From NCBI GenBank assembly GCA_041671225.1, contig JBAZBY010000001.1:366940-430939 (forward strand): 64,000 nt of DNA, written 5' to 3'. The translations under genes were made by a program, and so were the position numbers. Under the pieces are notes generated by a model. It ran no database searches. It was not told where the DNA came from and saw only the letters and a list, made by a program, of their open reading frames with translations. How positions within the stretch are numbered: the first letter of the stretch is position 1; every line of letters begins with the position of its first letter. This document shows, piece by piece, positions 47,242-56,513 of the stretch. This DNA is from Patescibacteria group bacterium (GTDB lineage: Bacteria > Patescibacteriota > Patescibacteriia > JBAZBY01).

Positions 47242-47499
47242 TTAGAACCAGCCGGAGCCTTCTTTGCCTTCTTTCACAACCGAATACCCGCCGTTGTGGT
47301 ACGTCATGGAGTAATTATATCGCGTTCCACCATCGCTGATTTCAAAGTCCGCGTTGCCATGCACTTTTGCATGTGAAAAAATAACGTCCGCTTCTTGGTT
47401 GTCCAGGTGACGCAAATATTCACGGGCGTCCTCATCATCGCAGTAGACAGGATGGCCGTGGATTTCGCTTTTAAACTGTGGCTGTTCTTCGTCTGCCAT
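47242..47499 (-). CDS. Hypothetical acidic protein
   Basis: MADEEQPQFKS... 85 aa with no family match. Confidence 0.35.
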   Translation of the reverse strand: MADEEQPQFKSEIHGHPVYCDDEDAREYLRHLDNQEADVIFSHAKVHGNADFEISDGGTRYNYSMTYHNGGYSVVKEGKEGSGWF

Positions 47500-47595
47500 G
47501 AGGTCACTGTATGCTTTGCGGAGAAAAAAGGCAACTGTTGATGAAAGCCGAAGCGGGCGCACAAGAGCCCGTGCCTGCGTTGCATTTTATTTTTT

Positions 47596-47682
47596 TGGTG
47601 CCGGGGGAGGGATTCGAACCCTCAAGCCCTTTCGGGCTGCAGATTTTAAGTCTGCTGCGTAAACCAGTTCCGCCACCCCGGC
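47596..47682 (-). tRNA. tRNA-Leu (anticodon TAA), long variable arm
   Basis: Reverse complement GCCGGGGTGGCGGAACTGG...CTTAAAA...AGCCCGAAAGGGCTTG...CCA, 87 nt. Confidence 0.85.
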
Positions 47683-47959
47683 ATATTTTAATAGCTTACT
47701 CTCCCGTCCCAGTTTTTGAGTGATTTGAATTCCACCCATGCCCGCCGTATCCGCCGTAGTCTCCTGACGAAGGCGGAGAAGGCGGGACCGCAGCTTACGC
47801 GCTCAGTATGCGTTCGAAACCGATAAAAATCAACTTTTCGGGTTGGTAGAATACGTTTTTTTAAAATACTGGACATTTTATCGTTTTTTGCTATACTCCC
47901 CCAGTCTTTAGCAGCTTTGGGTAAGGTCACTTTTTATCACCAATCATTAATATTTTCCT

Positions 47960-49999
47960 ATGTTTCTCGTGACCGTTTTCAGTCTCAGCGCGGCCGGGCT
48001 CATCATCGCCGGTTTTCTTGCGCGATATATCATCAACAGCGATCAGGGTAATGAAAAAATGCAGGAGATCGCGCAGGCCATCCGTCAGGGAGCCGGCGCG
48101 TTTTTGAAGCGCCAATACACGACCATTGCGATCATTTCCGCTATCGTTGCGGTACTCATCTTCGGGCTGTACGCATTCAGCGGACGGCTTGAACTTGGGT
48201 GGAAGACAGCCATTGCGTTCGTGCTCGGCGCCGCGTTTTCCGGTGCGTCCGGATACGTCGGCATGTATATTTCTGTGCGCGCCAATCTGCGCACCGCAGC
48301 AGCCGCGACCCGCAGCGTGAACGAAGCGCTCACCAAGGCGCTGCGCGGCGGTGCGGTTTCCGGCATCTTGGTCGTTGCGCTTTCCCTTTTGGGAGTCGCA
48401 GGATTGTTCGTATTGTACGGCGGCGTGCAGGATCCGGAATCAGTTCCGCTCACCTTGGTCGGTTTCGGCTTCGGCGCGTCATTGGTCGCGCTCTTTGCAC
48501 AGCTCGGTGGCGGTATCTATACCAAAGCAGCTGACGTGGGCGCGGACCTTGTGGGAAAGGTGGAAGCAGGCATTCCGGAAGACGACATCCGCAATCCGGC
48601 CGTCGTTGCAGATTTGGTCGGCGATAACGTCGGCGACTGCGCAGGCCGCGGTGCGGACCTCTTTGAAAGCACGGCCGCAGAGAACATCGGCGCAATGATC
48701 CTCGGAATCGTGTTGTTCCCGGTGTTCGGCATCGGCGGAATCATCTTCCCGCTCGTTGCCCGTTCGTTCGGATTGGTCGCGTCCATCATCGGCATCTTCT
48801 CCGTGAAGGTGCGCGGCGAAGAGGATCCGATGAAAGCATTGAATCGCGGTTTCTATGTGACGGCGCTCCTGGCATTCGTCGGATTCAGTGCCGCAAGCTA
48901 TATGATCTTTAAGGACCACTGGATCGCATTCTCGTTCGCCGGCTTGGTTGGCCTTGTCACAAGTTTGATCTTCTTACTCATCACGCAGTATTACACCGAA
49001 TATCGCTATCGTCCGGTCAAATCCATCGCACAGGCATCATCCACCGGCGGCGCGACCAACATCATCACAGGATTCGCTGTCGGCATGGAAAGCGTTGCTG
49101 GCCCGGTAATCGTCATCGTTGCTGCATTGCTCGGAGCATACTTCATCGGTGAAGGTACGGGACTGGAGGATGGCGGTCTGTATGGAACGGCTGTTGCCAC
49201 CATGGGTATGTTGGCCCCCGCGGCATATGTCCTTGCCATGGATACGTTCGGTCCCATCACGGACAACGCTGGCGGTATCGTGGAAATGTCCGGTTCTCCA
49301 GAAGATGTGCGCAAGCGCACAGACCGTCTTGATGCCGTTGGCAACACCACCAAGGCATTGACCAAGGGATATGCCGTCGGTTCCGCAGCACTCGCTGCAT
49401 TCCTGTTGTTCTCTGCATTCATGACAGACGCGCATCTGGAAAGCATTGACCTTGCGAAGCCCGTTGTCTTCGTTGGTGGGTTCCTCGGCGCCATGCTGGT
49501 CTTCTTGTTCTCATCGCTTGCCATCCGCGCTGTGGGCAAAGGCGCGTACTACATCATCAATGAAGTGCGCCGCCAGTTCAAAGCGGACCCCGGCATCATG
49601 GCAGGAACATCCAAACCAAGCTACACCCAGTGTGTGGACATTGCGACCAAAGGAGCACTGCGTGAAATGGTATGGCCTGGATTGGTGGCCATCATCGGAC
49701 CTACGGCCATCGGATATTTCCTTGGTGCAGAAGCTGTTGGCGCAACGCTCATGGTCGGTACTATCACCGGCGTGGTCATGGCACTTCTGTTGAATAACAG
49801 CGGCGGTGCATGGGACAACGCGAAGAAATATATTGAAATGGGAAATCTTGGCGGCAAGGGTTCCGAGGTTCATAAGGCTGCAGTCGTTGGAGACACGGTC
49901 GGCGACCCGTTCAAGGACACTGCCGGTCCGTCGCTCCACGTCTTTATCAAGTTGCTCGCAACATTGACGCTGGTGCTGGTTCCGCTCTTCCTGCGGTAA
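47960..49999 (+). CDS. hppA: Membrane-bound pyrophosphatase, K+-independent type (GNTTKA)
   Basis: 679 aa with about 16 TM helices. Motifs GGGIYTKAADVGADLVGKVE and DAVGNTTKALTKG. Confidence 0.9.
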   Translation: MFLVTVFSLSAAGLIIAGFLARYIINSDQGNEKMQEIAQAIRQGAGAFLKRQYTTIAIISAIVAVLIFGLYAFSGRLELGWKTAIAFVLGAAFSGASGYVGMYISVRANLRTAAAATRSVNEALTKALRGGAVSGILVVALSLLGVAGLFVLYGGVQDPESVPLTLVGFGFGASLVALFAQLGGGIYTKAADVGADLVGKVEAGIPEDDIRNPAVVADLVGDNVGDCAGRGADLFESTAAENIGAMILGIVLFPVFGIGGIIFPLVARSFGLVASIIGIFSVKVRGEEDPMKALNRGFYVTALLAFVGFSAASYMIFKDHWIAFSFAGLVGLVTSLIFLLITQYYTEYRYRPVKSIAQASSTGGATNIITGFAVGMESVAGPVIVIVAALLGAYFIGEGTGLEDGGLYGTAVATMGMLAPAAYVLAMDTFGPITDNAGGIVEMSGSPEDVRKRTDRLDAVGNTTKALTKGYAVGSAALAAFLLFSAFMTDAHLESIDLAKPVVFVGGFLGAMLVFLFSSLAIRAVGKGAYYIINEVRRQFKADPGIMAGTSKPSYTQCVDIATKGALREMVWPGLVAIIGPTAIGYFLGAEAVGATLMVGTITGVVMALLLNNSGGAWDNAKKYIEMGNLGGKGSEVHKAAVVGDTVGDPFKDTAGPSLHVFIKLLATLTLVLVPLFLR

Positions 50000-50019
50000 T
50001 AACCATTCCAGCGATAAGA

Positions 50020-50058
50020 AAACCGGCTGCATCGCAAAAAGCGAGCGGCCGGTTTTCG
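50020..50058. terminator. Terminator hairpin after hppA, followed by a perfect 40-nt palindrome (50059-50100)
   Basis: aaaaccggc...gccggtttt, then ccaaacgctctccatgaatgatttcatgaagagcgtttgg. Confidence 0.6.
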
Positions 50059-50098
50059 TATCCAAACGCTCTCCATGAATGATTTCATGAAGAGCGTT

Positions 50099-50270
50099 TG
50101 GAGCGGGTGATCCCGCTTTGCGGGACGGCCTCTTCTGGTCGCCGCCTGCATGAACTTCTATCATCCTACAATAAAAATCTATACTGGAGCGGGTGATCCC
50201 GCTTTGCGGGACGGCCTCTTCTGGTCGCCGCCTGCATGAACTTCTATCATCCTACAATAAAAATCTATAC
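50099..50270 (-). repeat. Two identical tandem 86-bp repeats, each ending in a tRNA-Gly(GCC) 3'-end mimic
   Basis: The units start at 50099 and 50185. Each carries a 12-nt copy of the tRNA 3' end including CCA (TCACCCGCTCCA) preceded by a T-arm-like hairpin tcccgcaaagcggga. Confidence 0.8.
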
Positions 50271-50345
50271 TGGAGCGGGTGACCGGGTTCGAACCGGCGA
50301 CCTCTTCCTTGGCAAGGAAGCGTTCTACCACTGAACTACACCCGC
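50271..50345 (-). tRNA. tRNA-Gly (anticodon GCC)
   Basis: Reverse complement GCGGGTGTAGTTCAGTGGTAGAACGCTTCCTTGCCAAGGAAG...TTCGAACCCGGTCACCCGCTCCA. Confidence 0.9.
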
Positions 50346-50397
50346 ATGTTGTTTTGAGGTCGGCGTTTGCGCCGTTTGTTTGCAAGACCTGACACTG

Positions 50398-50441
50398 CCC
50401 CCGCTGGGTGGGGGTCCGGCTTTGCCGGAAACTACACCCGC
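50398..50441 (-). other. tRNA-Gly(GCC) 5'-end fragment (first 12 nt of the tRNA) followed by two hairpins
   Basis: Reverse complement GCGGGTGTAGTT-TCCGGCAAAGCCGGA-CCCCCACCCAGCGGGGG, lying between tRNA-Cys and tRNA-Gly. Confidence 0.6.
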
Positions 50442-50448
50442 ATATTTT

Positions 50449-50522
<74 letters not shown>

Positions 50523-50602
50523 ATGTGAGCCGAGAAGCAAGAGCATTCCAAAACAGCAGTAGAGACAATAACAGGAAGTACTCGTCTGGTCAATATGATG
50601 TT

Positions 50603-50911
50603 TTAACGGCGAGAGGCCCTATAGAACAGCGCAGTAGAAATGATCCAGATCGGCCCCATGAGTAGGAGAACAAGGTATACTTGGTTAATCGTTTGGCTAC
50701 TCATAACTAACACTATCCAGAGAAACGTCGTTAGTAGTGTTCCCGTGATGATGGCGCGGAGTAGCGCATGACCTCGTGAGCGACCTGTGAGACGTGCCTT
50801 CGGCAGCCTACCAGACAGCTCGTGATCTGGATGCATCGTGGGGTTGTCCTCTATTTCATGATCCAGACGCATTTCTGGTAAATGCGGAGGTGGGGGTGCT
50901 TTGTGGGGCAT
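50603..50911 (-). CDS. Small membrane protein
   Basis: Pro/His-rich N-terminus and two C-terminal TM helices. Confidence 0.4.
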   Translation of the reverse strand: MPHKAPPPPHLPEMRLDHEIEDNPTMHPDHELSGRLPKARLTGRSRGHALLRAIITGTLLTTFLWIVLVMSSQTINQVYLVLLLMGPIWIISTALFYRASRR

Positions 50912-51606
50912 TATGTGATGGTAATTGATCGAATATCTTTTGGCGCATTGGTAAGCTCACGAACGCCGTGGCTTGTGACAAGATACATGTCCTCAAGACG
51001 GTATCCATCGCGACCTTTGAAGTAGAGTCCAGGTTCAATGGTTATCATATCATTTTCTGCCAGCAGATGCTCTTTTTTCTTTGGAGAAAGCCAGGGGGGC
51101 TGATGAATTCTTTTACCCACACCGTGGCCAAGCCCGTGACAAAAGATGCGGTTGTTGTATCCATTTTGTTTGAGATACGCGCGTGCAATCGTGTCTGTAG
51201 CACGTGCGGAAACACCGGCTCGCGCTTTTTTGGCCGCACGTTGCTGTGCGGTTCGGAGTAATGCATACATTCGTTTTTGCCGCGCAGATGGCGTGCCCAA
51301 AAAAAGCATGCGTGTCATATCTGCGCATATACCGCGCACTCTCACGCCAAAGTCACACACGATGCTGTGCCCTTTTTTGAGGACGGCATTGGTTGGGTGA
51401 TGGTGTGGTGCTGCGGCATTGCGTCCCGAGGCAATGATGAACCGGAATGCCCACGCGTCATATCCAAGAGCGCGAAAGTACGCACGCAACGCGTTCGCAA
51501 CGTCTTGTTCGGTCATTCCCGGTCTGACGTATTCGATCAAAAAACGGAAGCCATCACTTGTGACGCGCGCCGCTTCTTCTGCTGCTGCAATCTCAAGTTT
51601 ATTCAT
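50911..51606 (-). CDS. M24-family metallopeptidase (Xaa-Pro peptidase-like catalytic domain only)
   Basis: Pita-bread fold motifs HGLGHGVG, ENDMITIEPGLYF and DGYRLEDM. Confidence 0.75.
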   Translation of the reverse strand: MNKLEIAAAEEAARVTSDGFRFLIEYVRPGMTEQDVANALRAYFRALGYDAWAFRFIIASGRNAAAPHHHPTNAVLKKGHSIVCDFGVRVRGICADMTRMLFLGTPSARQKRMYALLRTAQQRAAKKARAGVSARATDTIARAYLKQNGYNNRIFCHGLGHGVGKRIHQPPWLSPKKKEHLLAENDMITIEPGLYFKGRDGYRLEDMYLVTSHGVRELTNAPKDIRSITIT

Positions 51607-51982
51607 CGAGAAGTACTCCCTTTACGGCTTTGAGATCTTTTTTTATCTGCGCGATACGCTCCCTTGTGTTCGTAAATTTGCGCATCGGGCGCACAAAATG
51701 CACCGGCTTTGCCGTCACCTGCTTGCCATAGAGGTTCCCCTTGAAGTTTATGAAGTAAATCTCGAGTTTTTTTACCTTCTTTTGAAAGAAGGCAGGCGCG
51801 CCAACAATGAGAATAGCCTTACGCCATTTTTTTTCCTTGCCAATGCGTCCCCACGCTGCATAGACGCCATGTTTGAGCGGCATCTTGCGCGTGGACGGCT
51901 TGCGCATATTTGCGGTTGAGTACCCAAGACGCCTTGCCCAGCCTTCACCATGAACAATTTTACCTTTGATATATTTTGTCAT
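51599..51982 (-). CDS. Riboflavin kinase (monofunctional, RibF C-terminal-domain-like)
   Basis: GKIVHGEGWARRLGYSTANM matches the GxVxxGxGxGRxLGFPTAN motif. Confidence 0.6.
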   Translation of the reverse strand: MTKYIKGKIVHGEGWARRLGYSTANMRKPSTRKMPLKHGVYAAWGRIGKEKKWRKAILIVGAPAFFQKKVKKLEIYFINFKGNLYGKQVTAKPVHFVRPMRKFTNTRERIAQIKKDLKAVKGVLLDE

Positions 51983-52545
51983 GCTTCGTCTTCACCCGTT
52001 GTCGCGTCATCTTCCACGCGATTGATAAAGTCCTTGAGGTACGCAATGTCTTTGCGCGCAAAGCGTTTGGCGGTTGCCGTGTAGAGATCATTCGTCGATT
52101 CCAACACAGCATCAAAATAGTCAAGCAGCTCTTCTGGCTCTAATTTTGACCAATACAGCGCATTGATGTATGAACGGTGTATGCCGAGCGGACCAATGCG
52201 TTCAATAATGTCCGCATCACTGATAATCCAGCCTTCCAGTGTTGATGGTTCTGGATCCAGCTGGTGCGTGCGAATAGCAATAATGACTTCTTCTTGTATC
52301 TCTTGCGCGATATTATTTTTTTGCAGAAACTCTCGCGCAAGCTCGGCACCTTTGAGCGCGTGATTCTTAAAATCCTTCTCATATCCGAGATCATGCAAAA
52401 GACCAGCAACATAGCAGATTTCTTCATCCGCCCCTTCTTTTTGTGCAAGATTTTCTGCAATGACTGCAACACGGAGCGAGTGTTCCACCACATGCTCCGG
52501 AAGTTTTTTTCTGAGATGTTTGAGAATTTTATCTTCCCCGCTCAT
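51979..52545 (-). CDS. HD-domain phosphohydrolase
   Basis: HSLRVA...GLLHDLG (H...HD motif). Confidence 0.75.
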   Translation of the reverse strand: MSGEDKILKHLRKKLPEHVVEHSLRVAVIAENLAQKEGADEEICYVAGLLHDLGYEKDFKNHALKGAELAREFLQKNNIAQEIQEEVIIAIRTHQLDPEPSTLEGWIISDADIIERIGPLGIHRSYINALYWSKLEPEELLDYFDAVLESTNDLYTATAKRFARKDIAYLKDFINRVEDDATTGEDEA

Positions 52546-53360
52546 GCAGGGATGATACCACGGATTCGTTTAAGAATCTCGTCGTGCAGCACGGTGCCGT
52601 TTGATGCGACAAAAATAGCATCGCGGTCGTTTTTTTGTATCGTGCCGTCAAGATTGGTAATGCGTCCGCCCGCTTCGCGAATGAGGAGCTTTCCTGCGGC
52701 AAAATCGTATACTTCGTTCTTATAATTGATTGATGCCGTGATATGTCCACTCGCAATATGTGCAAGTTCAGATGATGGCGACCACATTTCAATGAATCTC
52801 TCGTAGGGGTCGAGTGCTTTTTGGAGTGCATGTAAAAGAGCCTCTGCGCGCCGCTCTCTCACCTTCCATCCCTGCGTGTAGGAAATGACCGCATGAGGGA
52901 GATCAGCAGTCGTATTGACATGAATACGCTTGCCATTGCGCGTTGCACCCTCGCCCTTTGTGGCGATATATGTCATGCGGGGGATCGGCTCATGCACAAT
53001 ACCAAAGACCACTTCATTTTTTTTCATGAGCGCAAGTGATATCGCAAAAATTGGAAATCCAATACCAAACGTATGGGTGCCATCAAGCGGGTCAAGAATG
53101 AATTCATATTCACTTTCACTCTGTTGTTTGCCCGTTTCTTCTCCGAGGAAAGAAAAATTCGGGAAGCGCTTTTTGAGTTTTCCAAAGATATACGCTTCGG
53201 ATTCTCTGTCTGCCTTGGTGTTGTAATCCGCTGCAATGCCCTTGACGTTCCGTTCAAGCGTCGTACAAAAATATCCCGCAAGTATCTTGCCGGCCTCTTC
53301 AATCGTTTTCGCAATAAACTTTCTGTCATCGTTCGTTAAAGAGACAACGCCAGCGCCCAT
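52542..53360 (-). CDS. Inositol monophosphatase / FBPase-family phosphatase
   Basis: ILDPLDGT and WDFAAGKLL-type motifs. Confidence 0.8.
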   Translation of the reverse strand: MGAGVVSLTNDDRKFIAKTIEEAGKILAGYFCTTLERNVKGIAADYNTKADRESEAYIFGKLKKRFPNFSFLGEETGKQQSESEYEFILDPLDGTHTFGIGFPIFAISLALMKKNEVVFGIVHEPIPRMTYIATKGEGATRNGKRIHVNTTADLPHAVISYTQGWKVRERRAEALLHALQKALDPYERFIEMWSPSSELAHIASGHITASINYKNEVYDFAAGKLLIREAGGRITNLDGTIQKNDRDAIFVASNGTVLHDEILKRIRGIIPA

Positions 53361-53806
53361 AGTTCTTTATCCTTAATTCTTTCCCAGTTTCGCTTAAAGA
53401 CATCACCGGGCACATGACGCTTCCCCCAGTGCGCATCGAGCAGGTAATACATACCTTGCTGATACTCATACACCACCGTGTATTGCTCACGCCGCAGCTC
53501 TGGATCGAACCAGTGTACCAACACGGGGTGTTTGTGTAGAGCTTCCTGCAGTTCCTTCTCGTTTTGTACCACTGCAATACCCGTATGCTGCTTTTTGGCA
53601 AGCTGCTCCACAGCCGCATGCGTGAGCGGTGCATTTTTTGGGAATGCGTCTCGTAATGTATTGACGCTTACATCACGACCAAGAGCGCCGAGCCAACTCG
53701 CAAGCGCCTGCGCAGCATGGTCTCTATTTGGCGTCTTTGTCTTGGGTGTCGGCGGAGTTCTTTTCAGCCGAAGGAGTTTTTTCAGCATACGACCGTAGTA
53801 TACCAA
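53336..53806 (-). CDS. Hypothetical protein (overlaps the tig 3' end; start uncertain)
   Basis: 156-aa ORF with no family match. Confidence 0.35.
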   Translation of the reverse strand: MVYYGRMLKKLLRLKRTPPTPKTKTPNRDHAAQALASWLGALGRDVSVNTLRDAFPKNAPLTHAAVEQLAKKQHTGIAVVQNEKELQEALHKHPVLVHWFDPELRREQYTVVYEYQQGMYYLLDAHWGKRHVPGDVFKRNWERIKDKELWALALSL

Positions 53807-55061
53807 ATACCTTCCGGTTTCCGATAATATTTGAGAGATATTCGTCGAATTGCGGTGTTTCTATCTGTTTGCGCATTTCTTCAGAAGCGGACATGCGCTG
53901 CAGGTAGACATTTTTTTCTGTTTCCAGCTCATCCATGCCAACGGTCACATTTTCAGCCTTCGAAATCGCGCGGAGAACTAACGCGCCCTTAACGCGCTTC
54001 TCGGCATCAACGGCGAACTCCTTTTTGAGTTCATCCTCGGTTTTTTTGATGCTCGAGAGGTAGTTTTGAAAATCCATGCCCTGAGAGGTAATCACTTGTT
54101 GCAATTCTTGAAGCATCTTATCTTGTTCGCCTTCGACAAGAATATGTGGGATGTCACCGAAGGTTGAATGTTGAACAACCTCATCAACGAGTGCACCTTC
54201 ATAGCGCTGGTCTTCTTTTTGCGTGCGTTCCATGCTGAGATTCTTACGGACTTGTTCCTCGACTTCCTTTATCGTTGTAAAGGCGCCGAGCGTTTTTGCG
54301 AATGCATCATTTGCTTCAGGCGTCTTCACTTCCATCACCGCATTCACTTTGACCTTTGCCTCTGCCGCTTTATCTGCAAGGTGTTTTGCGTGGTATTCCT
54401 TGGGGAAGTGTACGGGGTATGTTTTTTCGTCGCCGGCCTTCATGCCAACGATCCCATCTTCAAAACCAGGGATGAAATGTTTTTCACCGAGGGTCAGGGG
54501 GTGATTCTGTGACTTCCCGCCATCAATCGGTACTTTGTCCACGGAGATGGTAAAATCCACTTCAACCTTATCGCCGTTCTGCGCCGCACGCTCAACCTTT
54601 TTTTCTTCTGCGCGCATATTGCGGACGTCGTTTATTGCCCGTTCAATATCTTTGTCTTCCACAACGACTGGCTTTTTTTCAACATGTGAGAGATTCTTGT
54701 ATTCCCCAAGCTGTACATCGGGGAGCAAAGCGACGGTTGCCGTGTATTCGATCGGGTTACCGGGTGCTGCTTTTGTGACATTGATCTTTGGTCTGCCAAC
54801 TGTTTCAATATCCTCATCAACGACGGTACGCACAAAACTCCGTTGAATGATATGTTCCAGCGCATGCTCAAGAATGGATTGTTCGCCGATCTTCTTTTTG
54901 AGCACATCAAGCGGCACCTTGCCGGGTCGGAAGCCTTCTATCTTCCGCTCTTTTGAGATTTCAACGGATGCATTTTCAAGATCCTTCGTGATGTCTTCAT
55001 AGGGGATCTGAATGGTGAGCTCAAGCTCACCCTTGGGGAGTTCTTTTTTTGTTACATTCAT
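53724..55061 (-). CDS. tig: Trigger factor
   Basis: MNVTKKELPKGELELTIQIP...EGFRPGKVPLDVLKKKIG with PPIase and C-terminal domains. 445 aa. Confidence 0.9.
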   Translation of the reverse strand: MNVTKKELPKGELELTIQIPYEDITKDLENASVEISKERKIEGFRPGKVPLDVLKKKIGEQSILEHALEHIIQRSFVRTVVDEDIETVGRPKINVTKAAPGNPIEYTATVALLPDVQLGEYKNLSHVEKKPVVVEDKDIERAINDVRNMRAEEKKVERAAQNGDKVEVDFTISVDKVPIDGGKSQNHPLTLGEKHFIPGFEDGIVGMKAGDEKTYPVHFPKEYHAKHLADKAAEAKVKVNAVMEVKTPEANDAFAKTLGAFTTIKEVEEQVRKNLSMERTQKEDQRYEGALVDEVVQHSTFGDIPHILVEGEQDKMLQELQQVITSQGMDFQNYLSSIKKTEDELKKEFAVDAEKRVKGALVLRAISKAENVTVGMDELETEKNVYLQRMSASEEMRKQIETPQFDEYLSNIIGNRKVFGILRSYAEKTPSAEKNSADTQDKDAK

Positions 55062-56509
55062 GACTGGGTTCTCAAATCAATAATACGTTTTTCTTTGAGT
55101 TCTGTTTCCATGCCCATACTTTGCAATAATGCATCCATATCTTGTTCTTCAATAATGGGAGTGATACCCGCTTCCCCGACGATCTGCTTTTTGAGCGTTT
55201 CTTCAATAGCGTTGAGCGGCGTGGCGCCCTTCATGGCGACCGCGACGACGATCTCATCAACCTCAAACGGATCGTTATTCTTTTTGCGGATCTGTACCTG
55301 CCATTCTTCGATTTCCTTCATGCCAGAGAGAATGGGATAGAAGGCGTTGAGGTTCACAAGTTCTCCCTTGACCTTTGTAAGGTTGAATTCGCGGATTTCC
55401 GTTTTGCGTTGGATATCCGGGTGAATACGGGGAACGGTTTTTCCGCAGTGTGGGCAGGCATCATAGCTTATTCCTTTCGTGATGTCACCCGTGCGGTAGC
55501 GGAGTACGGTGGTGCCATGCCACGCGAGCCCTGTGTAGACCAATTCTCCCGGCTCGCCTTCTTTGACGCGCTTGCCCTCATCATCAACCACTTCCCAGTA
55601 GTCGAGATCCGGGTAGGTGTGGTATCCGGTATTTTCAGCGCATTGGATCCACGCGGTCTTTCCTTCTGTCATGGCATACGTTGTGTAGAATTGCGGTTCC
55701 ATCGCGCCCATCTCAGCAAGCATCTCGCGTGCTTTTTGTTTGAGGCCCGGAGAAACGCGTTCTCCGCCGAAGACGATATATTTAAGATTTTCAAAATTTC
55801 GTCCCTCTTCTTTTGCCTGCCGAAGCATGTGATAGAAGTATCCCGGGATGGTCGTAATAAGACTTGCCTTCATGCGCTCCGTTGCATCAAGAATTTTTGT
55901 GGAGCCCATGATCTTTCCGCCACCGGTGTGCAGAGACGTCATCATGATCTTTTGCAGCGCAAAGCTCGCGAGCCAGAAGGCGAGGTGAGGGGAATAGGGG
56001 AAGGCATTGATTGCTACCTGGTTCCGGTCGATACCAATAACATTCATAAGGCGTGAACCGCTTTCTTTGAGCAGCTCAATATCATATGAACTATAGGTAA
56101 ATGGAGTTGGGAGCGCGCTGCGCCCGGTCGTAAAGTGAAGGTGAATGGGCTTGTATTGCCATTCCAACATCAGTTTTGGATCCTGACGAAGAAGCTTCAT
56201 GCCGATAATTTTCATGAGCATGCGCTTTGATGCATGCTTTTTAATGAGCGCTTCATCTGGCTGAAGAATAAACTTTCGCGATTTTGCGCGGTCTTCTTCT
56301 GTTGGCGCGATATCTTCTTTTGTCACAAAAGGAATTTTCACAAGATCGTCCGTTGTTTTGAAATCATGAAACGAAAGGCCATGCTCTTCAAAGAGCTTAC
56401 GATAATATGGCGAGTACGGCATTTGGTGCTTCATATATGCCGCAAAGCGTTTGTTTTGTAGATCACGCTGTTCATCTCGCGAAAGGTGGGAGATGGTATT
56501 CCAATCCAT
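55058..56509 (-). CDS. Adenylate-forming enzyme of the phenylacetate-CoA ligase (PaaK/CapK-like) family
   Basis: 483 aa. HFTTGRSALPTPFTYSSYD resembles the PaaK P-loop-like motif. The fold and length fit the ANL superfamily. Confidence 0.5.
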   Translation of the reverse strand: MDWNTISHLSRDEQRDLQNKRFAAYMKHQMPYSPYYRKLFEEHGLSFHDFKTTDDLVKIPFVTKEDIAPTEEDRAKSRKFILQPDEALIKKHASKRMLMKIIGMKLLRQDPKLMLEWQYKPIHLHFTTGRSALPTPFTYSSYDIELLKESGSRLMNVIGIDRNQVAINAFPYSPHLAFWLASFALQKIMMTSLHTGGGKIMGSTKILDATERMKASLITTIPGYFYHMLRQAKEEGRNFENLKYIVFGGERVSPGLKQKAREMLAEMGAMEPQFYTTYAMTEGKTAWIQCAENTGYHTYPDLDYWEVVDDEGKRVKEGEPGELVYTGLAWHGTTVLRYRTGDITKGISYDACPHCGKTVPRIHPDIQRKTEIREFNLTKVKGELVNLNAFYPILSGMKEIEEWQVQIRKKNNDPFEVDEIVVAVAMKGATPLNAIEETLKKQIVGEAGITPIIEEQDMDALLQSMGMETELKEKRIIDLRTQS

Positions 56510-56513
56510 AAGG

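Noticed and set aside
47727-47743. Functional second tRNA-Gly(TCC) gene near tRNA-Leu
   Set aside because: Only 10-11 nt of the tRNA 5' end match. No cloverleaf can be built from the following sequence, so it is treated as a fragment or repeat rather than a gene.
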